Shown in pieces: positions 28,496 to 43,532 of a DNA stretch of 64,000 nucleotides. The DNA is taken from contig OZ024743.1 in assembly GCA_964016885.1 (NCBI GenBank), positions 120,776,001 to 120,840,000 on the forward strand, written 5' to 3'. The first letter of the stretch is position 1; each line of letters starts with the position of its first letter. A program made the translations under genes and the position numbers. The stretch is from Eledone cirrhosa. Its lineage: Eukaryota. Below the pieces are notes generated by a model. The model searched no databases, was not told where the DNA came from, and worked only from the letters and a program-made list of their open reading frames with translations.

Positions 28496-28699
28496 ACTGT
28501 GGCTGGCGCAGTGGGACCAGTCACATCCTGCCGAATTTAGATTTGTCTTAAAGTAACAGTTAAGCAATGGGATCGATTTAATCGACTCCACCCACCCTAA
28601 AAAATGTTTGGCCTTGTGACTAAATCTGAAACCATTATTAATATCATCATCGTCACCATATTGCACATTATTATTGCATTACCTAGCGCAGCTCTGTGC

Positions 28700-28830
28700 A
28701 CAATTGGTATGTGCAGTGTGATTTCCGGTGGGTGTATTTCTATTATTTCTATTATATTGAGAGCATTTTTCATGTGTCCGGTGCCTAATAGTGCTATTTT
28801 TTTGTGTGCTACATATATTTTTCCTTGAGA
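28700..28830 (-). mobile_element. R4-type LINE extreme 3' end
   Basis: Minus strand reads QK-IALLGTGH..AL (cf. IQKIALLGTAHIL at R4 C-termini). Confidence 0.5.
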
Positions 28831-28851
28831 ATTTGGTTACGTATCGATCTA

Positions 28852-28893
<42 letters not shown>

Positions 28894-29049
28894 GTTCATA
28901 GAGCACCTATCATTATAAGTGTTGTTTCTGTCTTCATCATCCACATTCAGGTTAACTTTATCTCTTGACATTTATATTTGGAAAGTTTCCCCATTTCCTT
29001 GGCAAATATATTATCTTTATTATTATTATCATTAATACTATTATTCCAA

Positions 29050-30075
29050 ACAAATAAAGAATTCGAACCATCAACATCAAAAATGCGTTATCAGAAGAGA
29101 AGAAACGGTGCTGGGAAGGAATGTATGTCTGTATTCAGCAGCTACTAATGAATCGGCTATTATGGAAGATGCTAAAAGAGAAAATTAAACCTGAGCTTGA
29201 TCTGGATTGACTATCGAAAGGCATTTCTCATCATTCCACACTCCTGGATATGGGAGTGTAAGAAATAGTAGCACGAACACTATTGAAATATATAAACATA
29301 TAAATGTGATGATACACTGGAAAACTATTGTATCACGTAACATCAAAGAACAGACAAATGAAATCATTCCTATGGCAATAAGAAGCTGACTCCCCTGAGG
29401 TGACAAGTTATCACCCCAACTGACAAAATTAATGAATTAAACCACTATGGGTTTCAGATGCTTAGGATTAACTGTCAATCATTTCTGCTACATGGATGAT
29501 CTAAATATATTTACAAGGGATAACATTGAACTAGAAAACATTTAAAAATTGTTCATACATTTAGTCAAAGCATACGGTCGAGTATGGGATTAGACAAATG
29601 TGCCAAAGCTATTATGAGAAGTACATCACTGAATTCTAAGGAACACATAGGCACCGACATCAGAGAATTACACCGTAATCATCCACATATAAATATACAC
29701 GTATACAAATATACACGTATACAAATATCTATGAATAGACGAAAGAGCAAACATCCAACACATTGCAATGGAAAAGATAATTAGGAGTACAACAGAAAAT
29801 AAAACTTGGTGCTAGAATAAAAACATTACGAATAAATGAGCTAGTCAATCCATATATATATATAAGAAGTTAAGTGAGTTGAAAACAATGTGTAAATACA
29901 AAAGTTTCAGAATCGAAATGAACCATATGTCAACCAGGAAGCTAATAAGTGTGCCGATTATGATTTGAGCACTGGGTATGATAAAAAACATGAATGTTAT
30001 ACATGGATCATAATGCTACATACTGACGAAAGAATAACTTTGCTAGAAACAGCCTGCATTTTGCGCAAGACATTA
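29050..30075 (+). mobile_element. Decayed Dong/R4-like LINE
   Basis: P*GDKLSP (~29395), NHFCYMDDLNIF (~29480), GLDKCAK (~29587) and ITLLETACILRKTLS (~30035). Confidence 0.65.
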
Positions 30076-30654
30076 TCGATTGCATATCGGAACTCAAACA
30101 GTATAATCTCCATCCACAACACAGGCTATACAGCAAGCACCTAATAAAACATTGCAATTCACACAACATATACTCCATAGGATTAACATCCAATAAAATA
30201 GCACAACACACATTCTTAGATAACCGATATCTGACACTGCTACACCAATACCTCTTAAAACATAAATGTTACACAAGCAACACAAAACATGCCTGTCAGT
30301 GAAACACATAACAACAATTATACAATACACACAGCATTTTTACTACCCAACTAAATAACACCACTCGTATTGCGTATGAATTGTAATGATAATTAATTCC
30401 TATAACAATATTTTCATAACAGCGAAAGTTAGACCGGAGTTTGGAAGTGTTAACAAAATGAATCGAGGTCTAAAGATTAAGGTAGCAAGTAGGATATGAG
30501 GTAACCCAATGAATAAAAGGCTTCGGGAGTGAGTCGTGTGCATTGGATAAAGTGATGTTCGATATGAATAATAAACACATTCTAAAAAGTATATTCATAT
30601 GGAATTTTACTTATATACAACGTTTGCATCAATATATATATATATATATATCTT

Positions 30655-30737
<83 letters not shown>

Positions 30738-30799
30738 GCGTGTGTGCGCGTGTGCGTATGTGTGTATATATTATATGAAAAGAATATATATGCACAAGA

Positions 30800-30935
30800 A
30801 AGCACGTGGTTTAGTGGTTAGAGTGTTAGGCTTACAAGGATGAGGTTCTGAGTTTGATTCCCGGATCAGGCTGTGATGTGTTGTTGAAACACTTTATTTC
30901 CCATTGCCTCAGTTCACTCAGCTGTAGAAATGCTG
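30800..30935 (+). mobile_element. tRNA-derived SINE (second family)
   Basis: Head gcacgtggtttagtggttagag, B-box-like gtttgattcc, then acactttatttc. Homologous to 31646-31761. Confidence 0.65.
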
Positions 30936-31197
30936 TTAAGCTGTATTTGCCTTTGCGTTTCGCCTGGTCAACATCATTTGAGCTGATTTGTGGACCTACT
31001 GCGGAACTATTTTTAGCATTTCTGTTGGTCCGCCAATAGCCTTTTACTTAAGCAGTATCTACACGTTCACAGTTAGGGCTGAATGCATGGCCGATGGCGG
31101 AACTATGTTTGTTCAGTAAGACACGGGCTATTGAAGATTTGGTTTGTGTCTTTATGTTGCCTGTTACCTAATAATTGTATATGGCATTATTTCTTGT

Positions 31198-31375
31198 CGG
31201 TGGGTTGGCAGTATCGGTAGAGAATCGGACACCATGCTTTGCGTCCCTTTACGGTGTGAGTTCAAATCCCGCAGAGGTTAACTTTGCCTTTCATCCTTAC
31301 GGGGTCGATAAAATAAAGTAGCAGTAACGTACTGGGATAATTGTTGGCCTTGTGTCAAAAGTAGAAACAATTATT
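31198..31375 (+). mobile_element. Meta-core tRNA SINE
   Basis: Same head, core and tail as the other copies; flanked by attatttc(t/g)tgt. Confidence 0.88.
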
Positions 31376-31461
31376 TCGTGTGGGCACGAAACAGCTCCAT
31401 AGTCTGTAGGAATTGGTTTTTAGTATCTTCATGTAAGTTCATCGCTTATTTTACGATTTTC

Positions 31462-31500
<39 letters not shown>

Positions 31501-31645
31501 TTAAATCAATGAAATAAAAATTCAAGTCATTAGGAATATACTTCACTGTCTACGATCGTTTCTAGGTGACAATAATAGATCTTACGCATATTTCGTTATC
31601 GATCTAGACCCCACAACTAACCGTGGATATTTCTGTATATATATA

Positions 31646-31761
31646 GGCACGTGGCTGAGTGGTAAGAGAATTGGATTCACAATCGTGAGGTTGTAAGTTC
31701 GATTCTTGGACCAGGTGATGTGTTATGTCCTTGAACAAGACACTTTATTTCACGTTGCTCC
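31646..31761 (+). mobile_element. tRNA-derived SINE (second family)
   Basis: ggcacgtggctgagtggtaag A-box, gttcgattc B-box, tgtccttgaacaagacactttatttcac core. Confidence 0.7.
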
Positions 31762-32548
31762 TTCTACCTGGAGTTGCGACCGATAGATAGTATTTGCAAC
31801 TGGAAAGACCAACGGAAACATTGTTTCCTCGGTCCGATTTGACGAAAGTCGATCGACTATATATAGTGCACGCATTTCGTAGTTTATGCTAATGTAACAG
31901 ATCGATCAAAACCAAAGCAAAACGCAGAAAATACACAAAACCCCAGAATTACATTTCTTAGGGTAGTTGAAGTATGCAATAAGAACTATTGAATAATAGT
32001 GATAAGTCGGCTTATATATGCCTACTATATATGCATTATATAAAATCTTGAGTAGGCGCAAAGACCTTATACAGTATGTAGGACAAGTTAAATATATGTA
32101 ACTAAAAGGATAATTACAGTGAAATAAGAAACACATTAAAGAAAAACAAAATATATCAACAAGATATAATTAAATTTTAACTCACATACGTTTTATGGAA
32201 CTCTGATGTGTTCATCTTTTCAATTGGGGAGCATGAATATATTCTTGAGTTTTGCTTAGCCTTTCCGTGCAGCGATAGTGCGCTAGGGATAATTTTATCA
32301 ATACTTTAGCAAGCGTTTGTGTATTACTCAACCTCTCTTTCTAACTTATCTTACAAGGACTCTGTAGAAACCGCAAACTGCATTGAAATACGCATCCATT
32401 TCAACTTCGCTGCTCAGTAATTCGACTGCCAACTCCATAATATTCTCCTTTGCTACTCACTTATTTGGGTGCCTTATTTTGGAGTTGATTTCTTATTTCG
32501 AGTTCTTCTTATTATTATTATGGCATTCATCATAATATACATTATTAA

Positions 32549-32740
32549 GGGCGGTGAATCGACAGTATCAATAGAGGGTTGGACACCATGCTTTCTAGCA
32601 TAGTTACGTCCCTTTAAGGTCTGAGTTCAAATCCCGTCGAGGTTAACCTTGCCTTTCATCCCTATGGGGTCGATAAAATAAAGTACCAGTAATGTACTGG
32701 GTATTTGCTGACCTAGTGCCAAAAATAGAAACAATTATTA
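32549..32740 (+). mobile_element. Meta-core tRNA SINE with 18-bp target-site duplication
   Basis: attattatggcattcatc at 32514-32531 and 32734-32751. Confidence 0.9.
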
Positions 32741-34189
32741 TGGCATTCATCGGTATTTTATCTTTTTTGTTCGTACAAATGATGATAATTGTGTGTTGGG
32801 GGGTGGGTGGGGGTGATTGACGTATGGTTCCAGAACCATTGGATGTCGATATTAAGGCCCTCTTTGAAGATATATTCTGTGGTCCGGTATATGCAGTTGC
32901 TTGGACACTAGACTCTTATACTTGCTGTTGATTCTTCTGTTTGACACACCTTACCCTTCTCTCTCTCTTCATATCTTTCTACATCTTTTGAAATGTTCGG
33001 CCTCAAACCTCCTACTTATTTTCTACTGCTACAAGTTTAACAAATAAACGGCCTGTCTAATTTCTCTTGGTATCCACAACGGGGACCAGATCTTACAAGT
33101 CCTTGCTAATCCCTCTCAATTATTTATTGTTTCTCGTAATAAACCATCCATATTGTCCCCCAAAATAAGGGTAAATGTTACTTGCTGTGCACCTGATTGT
33201 CATGTTTTTATTTTGCTACCACTTATCCCATGGAACAAATTTGTTTAGAACTTTCGTACATAATCTCTGCTTATCGCCGAACTTAACTCTCGGTTTCACA
33301 CATCCGGCAAATAGTGCGTTTTGCTTTGCTCTTCACTTTGAATACAATGCTTATCCTGGCGTATACCAGAAGCTCCTGGTCTCTCGGGGACTCAGTGAAA
33401 ACTTCCGTGACTTTGTAAAGCAAATTAATTCCAGTTTTCTATTTGCTCACACCCGAATACATTCTTCGGACAGCAAGATGGAGTTCATATGAATATAACT
33501 TTGCCTTTGTTCCATTTCGGACTGTCTCTTCTATATTTACAGATTGAATGCTGGAGGCAGTCTACGCGAAATTAACACCTTTTGTGCTTTTCTAGCTCGG
33601 TTATCTTTGTGTCTCTTTGTGGGTTTCAATGTTGATGTCTCCGAGTGATTTTTTAAATTACTCAAAATGCTATCATCCTTTTTTTAAAAACCATGTGTGT
33701 ATTGTTGCAAAGTTTGCTGGTTGGTATTTTTGTGCTTCGCCTTCGTAGAGATGTTCATTTACATGCTTTGATTTAGTGGGCGTTGCTTGTTAGACTTGAT
33801 TCCATTAAGGATCAATTCGGACTAAACATGTCTAAATTATTCAAATTAAGATCTTTTTATGAAAAAACAAACAAAAAAACAAAAACAAATAAAAAAACAT
33901 TTAAATGAAAAACACTTACTTTGCAAAATCGGATTACGCGACAAAATCATGTAAAAATATTAATCCGATTTCTGAAGAAGGTGTTAATATCACGTCAAAT
34001 CGAACAAAAAGGATTGTTAATGTTCAATAGAATTCCTTTTGTGTTTCAAAATAGAACAAGAAGTAAAGAAAAAAATATAGTCGAATATATGATAATATTG
34101 ATGCTTACAACAGCAACGATAAAATCATCAACAAGTACAACAACAAAATGATAATAATAATAATAACAACAACGACAACAATAACAACA

Positions 34190-34420
34190 AAGATAACGCA
34201 TGCGCAAGGAAAGAGATTGCAACCCCTTCTAAAATACTGTCGAAAGAATTGTCTAAATGTGGAGTATGAAATTAAAATATTATAAATAATAATCAGAACG
34301 CTGAGTGTGATAGAACAAAATATGATTAAGATTATATCCGGGTTTACAACACTACTTGCTAAACAAAAATAGCTTTTTTAGAAACAGCTCACATCCTGCA
34401 CAAGATATTATTGACTCGAT
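34190..34420 (+). mobile_element. R4-type LINE 3' end relic after (TAA/CAA)n
   Basis: QK-IAFLETAHILHKIL near 34365-34410. Confidence 0.5.
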
Positions 34421-35579
34421 AACACAGTTCAAATTGAATAATCTTCAAAAACAATATAAACCCTACACAAGGAGCACATAATAAAAAAAAAAAACAGACC
34501 GTACAAATCACAAAAATAATCTCTGAGATTAATAACAAATAAAATAACACAACTCACATTACACAAACCAAACGCATCAACACAAACTTTAAAATAACAC
34601 GAAACCACAAGCTAAAACCTATAACAAAACTACATTGATACAGTAATCTATATTCATTCAACCTCCACAAAACTGCACATACTTCAGGATCACAGAGTTG
34701 TACCATATGATGTAGTAAATACTCATATGAAACTTTAGAATAAGCAACAGCAACAACAAAAACAACAGCAATAATAATAATAAAGATAATAATAATAAGA
34801 GGAAGCAGAAGAAGAAGAAAAAGAAGAAGAAGAAGAAGAAGAAGAAGAAAAAGAAGAAGAAAAAGGAAGAGGGACAGTAAGAGGAAGGGAGGGAAGGGAA
34901 GAGAAGAATTACAATCATCATTCATATATACAATTAGATAAAAACCTTAAATAGAGTTTAACAGAAAATACATAGAATGTACAAAAATGAGCGGATTGTT
35001 AGGGACGTTATACAAAGAAGATATTTTAAGACCCACACACAAGCGAGAACCCATTGGGTGGGTCAGTTGAGAATAACACAAATCTCCTTCCATCTACACT
35101 GCTGATACTGAAAGTGTATATTAGCATTATTCACATGTGTATATTATTGATGTAGCTCTCGATAATATTTTTGCCTGAAGGACTGTGATTTGAATAAAAC
35201 ATGAAATCAAGGCATATTTGCTATTTTATCATTTTTATGGACTCCAAATTTCTTGTTAATTCGTCTTTGCTGTCGTCATCTTGCAGCGTTTTGAATGTGT
35301 ATAGATCGGGGTCGCAATTCCTCTTCTATGGGGTCTACTTTATGTTTTTGCATTATTTTATAAACAAGGACCTTCCAAACAGTAAACACCTCTTTCTGGC
35401 AAACGTGAAATGTTCGTCTTTTTCGATATTTTGAGAGAGAGTTTTGTAAACATGACCAAGCTCATTAAAATGAACAGTTGCTTGTTTTGAATGTCAATAG
35501 GCATACGGAGTTAATAAAACAACAGTGATTTAATTGCACAAGGTGTTAATATTGAACACGGTACAATAAGTAGACAAAT

Positions 35580-36240
35580 ATATTTTTACATCTTTTGTCA
35601 CAAGACGATGGAATGTGGGTCTCCACTTATCACCTGCTAGGACTGCAGAAGAGACTAATAATTTGGTTCCTCTTGGAGTCGGAATCGCTACAGCTTGCTG
35701 TTGTTGGTCATAAGTCTTTTTCGGATTCCCTCTGCTTCATTCTGCAAGAAAATGGAGTGGTACGGCAAGTTGTAATAGGAAGTCAGTGTACCCGCTCACC
35801 GGTTTCTGACACTGCGCATGAAGTAGCGTTCTCCACTTCTCTGGGATTGTGTCGGATTGTTCTCCTGGCACTGAGGCACAGAAGTCGGCTGCTTTCGTCA
35901 TTGCCTCTTTTTACTTCACGAGTTTTTCACAGAAACATACCTTTAATGAACCTTTGTGATTCGCGATATTCCGCTCCCTCAATTGTCCATTTTATTGTAC
36001 GTGACCACATTTGCAAATGTCACATTAAAAATCTTTAAAATAATGAAACTTTCAGGTTGGTCACCACATATCCTTTATTGTTTGCAATTTCCTTGGTAGT
36101 AAAATGCTAAAAATGTGAAGTATACCAAGGAGATTTTTTCTTTTGTAATCTGTGAATATCAAGTATACGAAGAATATCACCCGTTGCTGATGCAGCCCTA
36201 TTTTCCTGGATGTTCAGTTGGATTCAGGTAAAAGGTTTTG
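35580..36240 (-). mobile_element. Possible decayed RTE-like LINE 3' part
   Basis: GC-richer block; the minus strand only loosely resembles the RTE C-terminus. No intact diagnostic motif. Confidence 0.3.
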
Positions 36241-36328
36241 AGAGGATGTCTGTCTTTTACTGAAATCCTGATACGTACTATTAAGACAATACATACACGA
36301 TTGCTAGTGATGGGAGCAGTTTATCTCT

Positions 36329-36606
<278 letters not shown>

Positions 36607-36619
36607 TTATTATTATTAC

Positions 36620-36650
<31 letters not shown>

Positions 36651-36879
36651 GTATACACGATAACAAATTATTGTTATAGGTAGTCCACTTAGATGTAGTC
36701 CAGTTAGAGTACTCCGAGTAGTGGATAGTATTAACGCTTGGGTAAATTTGACTCAACAAGACGTTTCCATAGTGATGCTGCGAGTACGCGGTGATTTCTA
36801 TGTAGTTTACACTTGTAGTAATAATAAATGAAGAGAGAAGAGTGACATGGTTTGCTATACAATAAGGGCTTTATTCACA

Positions 36880-36945
36880 TTGCTGACAATTGTTTCTCTG
36901 AGATCGCTACCCGCCTGTTTTTGTGTCAATCGATCATCAATACTT
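36880..36945 (-). ncRNA. Degenerate hammerhead-like motif within a TA-flanked insert (~36657-36955)
   Basis: Minus strand TTGATGA-tcg...cgatctcaga-GAAACAATTGTC: palindromic stem III ACAATTGT plus a GTC site. Stem I is poor. Confidence 0.45.
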
Positions 36946-36974
36946 TGTTATAACCATATATATATAACCGTATA

Positions 36975-37014
<40 letters not shown>

Positions 37015-37101
37015 TATGTGCACTGATGTTTTTATATACAAATATACATTAGACAATAACGCATTACACACACATTCACAACTGCACACAGACCCCCCCC
37101 C

Positions 37102-37163
<62 letters not shown>

Positions 37164-39399
37164 ATAGTAAGAGCATAGAGTGCTCAACCGGCACACCGCC
37201 TATGGAAGCATCTTAGCTACCATCAGACACATATAAACACATACCTATAAATATAAATACATGTGTGTGTGTACTAATGATATACAATCAGATATGTATT
37301 ACATTATATCTCCTACGCTTGTTCTCCTGCACACTCTTGCTCTCGTCTCCTTCATAAGTTGTCCTTATGACATAAATATAACATCTGATTCAAAGCAATT
37401 TCACAATCCCAGTGATATTGTATAAATGATTTTAGAGATAGCAACTCTGGTCCTCTTCCTGGTAACCTAGGCATATAGACCATTTAAAGTCATCTGGAAT
37501 AAAGAAATACAGAATATAATATAAAAGAAGGTAATAAAATTAATATATAATATAATATGAACCTGTATTTTAGAGGGCCTTATGAAGAATAAAGTATTAA
37601 GGAAAGGAGAAACATGGCTTAGCCTCAGTCATTTACAGATGATAAATATCTAAAAATATTTATATGAAAACTATATACTGTGAGAATGTTAAACAAGAAT
37701 TATAAACACAGTACTAATGGAAAAACATGTACATGATGGCTGCAAGTGGCGTACATTACTGAACACTGATATATTTGAACTAATTATATTTAAATAGGGG
37801 TTCAATACGTACTTTCGTTTAACAGAAAGCCTTAGCTCTCTCTTCAGGCAGTACAGATCAAGGTCATTATGTCAACATAAGTTACACCTCCATACCCAGT
37901 GAAAAGTAAACTTATTTAATTCTTGTGTCTAAGATAATTAAAGTTTACAATCCAATGTGCTGAAGTTTAAAAAGGAAACATTATATATAAATTTAATTCG
38001 TTGTATTAGAGCAGTGGATTATGTGAGAATTTAACTTTATTGTTTTAGGCAATTAAATTAATTCTATGGCCTGTGGATAGGTTTTTTTTCTTTATTTCTC
38101 CGGCGTTGCTCTAGCAAAATATTACTACATAACAGAATGGTATTTTATTCCTATTATCTGGAAAAACCGCTGGCTGCTTAGTTCGTTACCATTCTGATAA
38201 AATGAATCATTAAGGATTGGGGTAATCTGCTGTCTAATTTATGTTGTTACTTTTGCTAAGTGGGATCACAAACCGGCCTTGAGTATGTACGGACATTTAT
38301 ATGCGAGTAACATTTATAACTTCCTGTATACTGTGTAGGAGAGACTTTTCAGACAAGTGTATCTCTAATTATTTGACTCAAAATATATTACACTTCCACG
38401 CGTCCTGAAATAGCCGAATTGATAATAGACTGATAAATGCCACATATAATGAACTGCAGTTCCGATTTTCATTTCTAAACGAGTATAAATGTGCATAAAA
38501 TCAGCTTTTAAAAGTGTTAGAAGGTGCCTGTATGCATGCACATGTATAATTTCGGTTGATATCTATATACTGTTTTTCTAAGACAATCCCATCTGTTGGG
38601 CAATTCTGTGGTGATTACATTGTTCATATTGCTTTGGAGATTCTATGTGGTGTAGTTATTCCGTGATATGTTGGTGTAATCTGGTGTAGGTTCTATGGGA
38701 TTTCCTAACGTTTACGTAGGTATTTGCTATTTTGTCAACTGTATCCTTGAGTTTGTTAGGCATTGTGTTTCTTTAATCGGTCTTAGTGCTATTTGTGTAT
38801 GATTTTGTTTTCCTATGATTACTAAATTCCATATTATGAGTTAGGTTAGATGTTGAATAAGAAGGCTTAATCTTAGCTTTTGTGTTTTATTCTATGGTAA
38901 TTTTGTGACAGAGGGTTCTCCTGCATAATGTTGAAAGATAGTGTGGGGGTTAGGTATGTTGTATGACACCTACATTCTGTTTGTAGAAGTCTACCAAGTA
39001 ACATTTCTCACTCCAAATCTCTTTTTATGTGGTATATGTTGATTACTAGTATTTCCTATGTTATTACTATCACCAATATTATTGTTAGTGGGGCTTAACG
39101 TGTTTCGTATTCCAGGAGTTACCTTGCAATTCTCTAGTGTATAGTATGCTCCTCGGTTCCTATCTTTATTATTCCCAGATTCTGCTCTATTACCTTAATT
39201 TATATGTCAGTGTCTAGCCTTTGGTCGGCCCATCCATCTAGATCCAAGTCTTCGGAAGCGGAAGCTCTCGACCAATTCCCATCAGAGTGTTTAACAAGGA
39301 GAGTTTCTGTGCTTCTGCCCCATCCATTAGCTGCTCTTACTATGTTGCAGGTTTCGGGCCGGGAGCTTTTCGTATGTAGGTAATTTATTATTTACTATT

Positions 39400-42200
39400 G
39401 CATCATTATAGTGACCGGAACTTTGTTAAATATATCCTCATCAACGGAGTGCCTGATGTATAACGTTTGCAATTTTACTCCATATTGTAGAGCTGATAGA
39501 TTCTTCAATTTCCCACAAGTTTTGCAGTAGCAGAGAAATAATCATCTTGGAGTAGTAGTAGTGTGGGATTGTTTCAAGTTTTACAAACAGTTTAAGATCA
39601 TAATTGAGAGTTAGAATCTAGATGTCCGATGACAAAGTTTCTCAAAAACCCACCATTTCTTTTGTTTCCTTGTCTTGAATGATATTGGAATCCATACCTC
39701 ATTAACATTATTCATAACATCCTAATAATTTGCACGAGAACACGTATGCACCATTACTTAGTTAGTCTATAGATCATACACTCATTTTTACTCTGGTTCT
39801 ATATATTCTATCTGCTATATGCCCGACAGCTGATAGGGAAATGGTTGACATTTGCTAACATTACATTGCATATTGTTTTCTGCTGCCCGCTTGTATATTG
39901 CTTCGAAATGTCCCCTGACATTTTCTGCATCATCCGGTAGCTTCTTGGTAGCTTTTGATATTTCCATATCGACCGTATAACGAGTGGAAGTGGTTGTGAG
40001 TAGAACCGAAGACATATCTCCGAAAGCCACTACAAGCAATAATAGTCCTTGTAGGATTCCACTAATGGTTATATTTCCTTTGCACGACCATCATTGGCTG
40101 CAGCTGCCTGACTAATGTGTCCCACAATTTTACGCAAATATACCCCTAGTTTTCCAACTATGTTGTGACATATCATTCCATGCTCAACGTTATCGACAAC
40201 CTACTGAAAGCATATCAACATTTGTATGGTTGAGCAACTGTTTCATTACCCAATAGTAATGCTTTAGAAATCTTGTGAGACAGAGAAGTAGACCCATAAT
40301 GTTAAACATCTGCTAAATTGTCCCTCTTATTGATAGGACATGTACAATCTATCATTATTTAGGGTGCTTATGTCTTGCAGTAAAGCTTTTCTAAAATATC
40401 TTAATTGAATTGGTTAGATCTTTTTTGCATAGTTTCAAGAGAAAGAGAAATGTTTGGAACTCATGACGGCCTATTGCTGATTTTATCCATGGATCTTTTA
40501 TACCGATCTAATCGATGGTTACTACTTTCTCTGCAGAGCTGTAAGCTAATTTATTTATTTGCATATGTTTTATCAGGAAAGAGAAATGTTTGTTCAGTAT
40601 TCTACTTAGAGTACACTATCATTGAGCCCTATCTTTAGAACAATGGTCATAATGTGTAATGATCGGAAACTGTTTTATGTTGACGAAGTTATAAAAAAAG
40701 CAGTTCATGCTCTTTTCCATCTCTTTGCTTTCTATTTCTATTTCATATATTGTTGTTGATTTCTAAGAGTGTCCTTGGGAATATTCGCTTTCCGGGCTTT
40801 GTTCGTTTGAATGAATTTACATATTTGTTCTTTGTCTCACGAGCATAATTCTATCTTTGCGAATATTTTTATGCATAGTGTCTTCTCTTTCTGGGACAAA
40901 TATATTGCATATATATTGCTTTATTAACATACATTGTTCCAATTGCATATTGCCGTCTTGTATAGATAGACATTTGAGCGAAATATGTTTGAAGAACTAT
41001 TTTTAATTCATTTACAGTGAGCTATATGAAATCTGAAACTAGATAGAGTTGAAGGGCACCATGTGCTATGTACTCCTACTGTTTCTTTACATCGCCTTCA
41101 TGTTATGGATGACTTTCATGAAACAGAGATTTAGAGTATTGTTGCACGGGTTATGGAAAATATTAAAGATTCAGCTTGTCTATATACATGCTCTAGTTTT
41201 GATGAAAGAAACTGGTCATTTGAATTTAGGAAAATTAAACAAATTTGGTTTATACTAATCTTTCTGAGATTGTCTGCATGGATGATGCGATATATTCAGG
41301 GATGTGCATGGCAACTCAAACAAAATGGTTTTCTATTCTATTAGTTCGAAAGACGACATACTGTAGTATATGTATTTCTGACTATACATGTTATTTTTGT
41401 TGCTACACGATTTTCTACAAGCGTTATGTTTATTCTCTCACTGCATGTCATTGCATGACTTCCAGGTAAGGAATTGTATTTTTGTTACTAAGTAACATTA
41501 ACGTAGCATTAGGTGAGGTGTTTGTGGCGACCATATTGTGTTTAACATTGTGGTGGTCTTATGTGGTGTTAGTATGTTTAACTGTTAATCTGTATCTGTT
41601 GCAGGCAGGTCAGTCTGTGTGCTATTTTCTGTGCCGTGTTAAAAAAGATTGCTATTTGGTTACCGCAGCTTTTACATCAGCATGTTCCCTTTTGACGGGG
41701 AGAGACAATGTATCTTGTGTTTCTTTCAGGTAGACATTTGTACATCTGTCATTCTGACTGAGATTTAGATTGTTTCTTCTGTACAAATGATATACAAACA
41801 GCGTGGTTTTCTACAGTTTGAAATTTTCTTGATTCCTTGTGGGCTATGTGGGTATAATTGCCCTCTTTTGCTTAATTCTGTCAGGGCTTGTCACCGACTT
41901 CCATTTTCTCTGTACCAAATAGAACATATATGCCATATGAGCTCTCATTTATGCTTCCAATATTATATTTTGATATTAAGTCTGTATTTCTCGTATCTCT
42001 TTTTAAATCATTCTTCTACATTGCTCTTATTGGCAATTTAAATTTATGCTGTCTCGGTTCTTTCAATGCTGTTGTTGTCAATAGTGCTGGGTTTAGTGAT
42101 ATTTACTTATTTTCTATTACTGTCGTCATTATTTTTCACATTGAATTGACCACCTTGAATGTTTGTAGAACGTGGTAGTGTTTTCTAATGGATTCTTTGT
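39400..42200 (-). mobile_element. Decayed CR1/L2/Jockey-group LINE (APE endonuclease and RT)
   Basis: ORF 39815..40039 has YTVDMEIS (decayed YADDTKIS) and EAIYKRAAENNMQCNVSKCQ (cf. W...N.M.FN..K). Upstream ISGILQG and DNVEHGMICH..GKLG (cf. FDKVDHG). EIHI.QYVV..VAMHI near 41290-41380 resembles the APE domain. Confidence 0.7.
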
Positions 42201-42478
42201 CCGTGTCTGCGTCTTCTTAACATTTCTACTTCCATCCAGTCGTTTCAGATACGACTGGACAAAGGCGTAAGAATGAATAAATTATTTCCATTTTTTTTTT
42301 TGTTCTATTTTGCCATCTTTCTACGAATACCATAGCTTGCCAGTGCCACTCCAATTAAATTGTTAGGCGGAGATTGCTCGGTCATAATCAATACTACAAA
42401 ACTAAAAAAAAAAGAAAACATTACTATCTATTGTTTATGAAGGTATTTTTTGTTATTTTTGAGTCATGCAAGAACTGC

Positions 42479-42518
42479 ATTATTATTATAATTATTACTA
42501 TTATTATTCTTCTTCTTC

Positions 42519-42586
<68 letters not shown>

Positions 42587-42641
42587 CATCATCATCATTA
42601 TCATAAGAAGTAATAGTAGTAGTAGTAGCATTAGTAGTAGT

Positions 42642-42697
<56 letters not shown>

Positions 42698-42713
42698 CAG
42701 CAGCAGCAGCAGA

Positions 42714-42746
<33 letters not shown>

Positions 42747-43046
42747 TACCGATTAATCGAAACACACTTTAGATTATTATTTTGAATCTATGACAGAGAG
42801 ATATAGAGAGCGAAAGAGATAGAAAGAAGAAGAAGGAAAGAGAAAAGAAAAGGCGAGAGAAAGAGAGGGGAGAGAGAAAGAGAGAGAGGGAGAGAGAAAG
42901 GAACGAACAACCGAACAACAAAGAATATTAATGCGATTATTGATTAATCGATATATTAATGACAATAAAACAACAAAGTTATTATGTAGAGCAGTTAAAG
43001 GATTTTAAGGAGTCTTCCTGTTTTTGATTCATGCAAAAACTGAGCT

Positions 43047-43077
<31 letters not shown>

Positions 43078-43078
43078 A

Positions 43079-43110
<32 letters not shown>

Positions 43111-43128
43111 AGGTCATCACCATCATCG

Positions 43129-43187
<59 letters not shown>

Positions 43188-43217
43188 GTTGTTGTTGTTG
43201 TTGTTGTTATTGTTATT
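42479..43217. repeat. Compound trinucleotide microsatellite cluster (TAT/CAT/TAG/CAG/TGT)
   Basis: Directly visible at 42479-42745 and 43047-43217. Confidence 0.95.
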
Positions 43218-43452
43218 AAAGGCTACGGGTTAAGCAAGTGCTAGAATTTACAATAATTTCGATAAATATTTCCATCTTTCGAAAGAAAGAACATAAAAGA
43301 ACTCTAAAAACATGAATGTGACGCCTAATAAATTTGAAGCATAAATTCGGTGTTCTCGAGTTTAAGACAGAAACGACCTACTATAGAAATTTCTTAGCAC
43401 GAGAGTCTTTCTAAAGACGGAGCTTACAAGGTAGAAGAGCAATTCATAGATG

Positions 43453-43532
<80 letters not shown>

